The translations under genes were made by a program, and so were the position numbers. The notes under the pieces are model-generated. The model was not told the origin of the DNA. It saw nothing but the letters and a program-made list of their open reading frames with translations, and searched no databases. DNA of 62,507 bases, filler included, from Nitrospinae bacterium RIFCSPLOWO2_12_FULL_45_22 (lineage in GTDB: Bacteria > 2-12-FULL-45-22), in NCBI GenBank assembly GCA_001803565.1. It is 4 parts of 4 records of this genome, joined end to end, with 100 filler letters (N's around TTAATTAATTAA, not from the genome) between each part and the next. Parts side by side here need not be neighbours in the genome. Positions count along the whole stretch, not along the records: positions 53,309 to 62,507 come from MHDQ01000045.1; 3 more parts are not named here. One strand, given 5' to 3'. This document shows, piece after piece, positions 61,537 through 62,507 of the stretch (the first letter of the stretch is position 1; every line of letters begins with the position of its first letter).

Positions 61537-61726
61537 CTTATCTGTCTCCTTTCTCGGTATGTATATTCATTCTCTTTTGCTTATAATCGAACATGTCTCT
61601 GGTTCATGCCTTTATATTTATCCCGCTGATAAGAAATTGCTTTTTTAGTTTAGGAAAGATTTTACACAGCGATAAGGGAAATTGCAAACTTTTTTCTAAC
61701 TTTGACTCGAAATTTCTATTTATAGT

Positions 61727-61774
61727 TAACGCTAATTAAAAATGGGCCGCTTATGCTAACGAAAAATGACCGCT
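61727..61774 (+). mobile_element. Possible IS21-like terminal repeat remnant
   Basis: gttaacgctaattaaaaatgggccgc followed by gctaacgaaaaatgaccgc (reiterated motif). Confidence 0.35.
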
Positions 61775-61807
61775 CTTTTTTACAATGAAAAAACAAAAGA
61801 ATCACTA

Positions 61808-62507
61808 CTATACTTTCGCAGAAAATATCAAATAACCCCTTTTGGGTAAATTGTTAAAGATCACTCTCATGCTGCAATTCGGAACAGTGGTTCATAAAAG
61901 GAATCTATTTTTTGTAATTCCGCATCTGGAGCTGAATTTGCTAAAATAATTTTCTTTAGGGCCATAATTTTTAGGGCCCTACGGATTCTAAAAAAGCTAG
62001 AAGCTGATTCTTTAGGGAATAGCCTGGTGGTAGCAAGGTCTAGCCAAGAGTTATTTGTCTCTTCAAAGAAAGTGAGTTTCCATAGACAAAAGGATACCAT
62101 TGATAGATGAATAAATCTCAAAATAGCTATAGAAGAATAACACTGATAATCACCCCAGCCGAAATGTTGCGTCAAATCCCTTATGGCCAATTCGATGGAG
62201 AAGCGAGAGGCATATATCTCAATAATTTGCCCTGGGGTAAGGCTCAAATCGGTAGAGAGCAAAATGATCGGTTCGCTTGCTCCTTTAACTACCACAATGC
62301 GGACTTTCTCTTTAATATCCCGGATAAACATATCCCGAGCCACCACCGCCACCTGCTTTATCTCCCCATAGATATTCACTTCTATCCGTTCGGGTACCCT
62401 ATGGGTGTTAAATCTCCGGATAAGGTCAGCCAGTTTCCATTTCTTCCCTACTTTTCTGGGCCTACCTCTTCCCTTAGAAGCCTGCGGCTCATCCCAACCC
62501 ACCGCAT
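61808..62507 (-). mobile_element. DDE transposase (IS4/IS701-like), 3' part 61867-62507 plus right end
   Basis: GRGRPRKVG, LLSTDLSLTPGQIIEIYASRFSIELAIRDLTQHFG (Y-R-E signature); candidate IR tatactttcgcag. Confidence 0.85.

Overview
Bacterial draft or MAG sequence, probably an anaerobic diderm of the Desulfobacterota/delta-proteobacterial type (inferred from gene content). It consists of four pieces joined by artificial N-TTAATTAATTAA-N linkers at about 22409-22508, 39364-39463 and 53209-53308. Piece 1 holds a cobalt-uptake/corrinoid operon (OM barrel, cbiM, cbiN, cbiQ, cbiO, cbiX, cbiC, cbiD) under tandem cobalamin riboswitches. Inserted in that operon is a four-helix-bundle (23S-IVP/bAvd-like) gene bracketed by inverted 7-bp repeat arrays. 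It also has an internally deleted fabF, an orphan HcrA-like Mo subunit, and an AT-rich island: small EACC1-like protein, HExxxH protein, multi-GAF kinase split by one in-frame TAG, response regulator, duplicated-domain HTH protein and TPR protein. Piece 2 has thrC, an SDR, an HD hydrolase, a racemase and a Wsp/ACF-like chemosensory cluster with GGDEF output. Piece 3 has feoB with an uncalled 8-Cys peptide and a DtxR-FeoA regulator, nfeD-slipin, dinB and a type III R-M pair. Piece 4 is a secreted-protein cassette (1498-aa Ig-repeat zinc protease, a free paralogue of its middle region, a secretin-N-like protein, a PKD protein) with IS remnants. MITE/REP-like elements fill many intergenic gaps. 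The best candidates for an undescribed system are the inverted-heptamer four-helix cassette, the AT-rich signalling island and the secreted-protease cassette.
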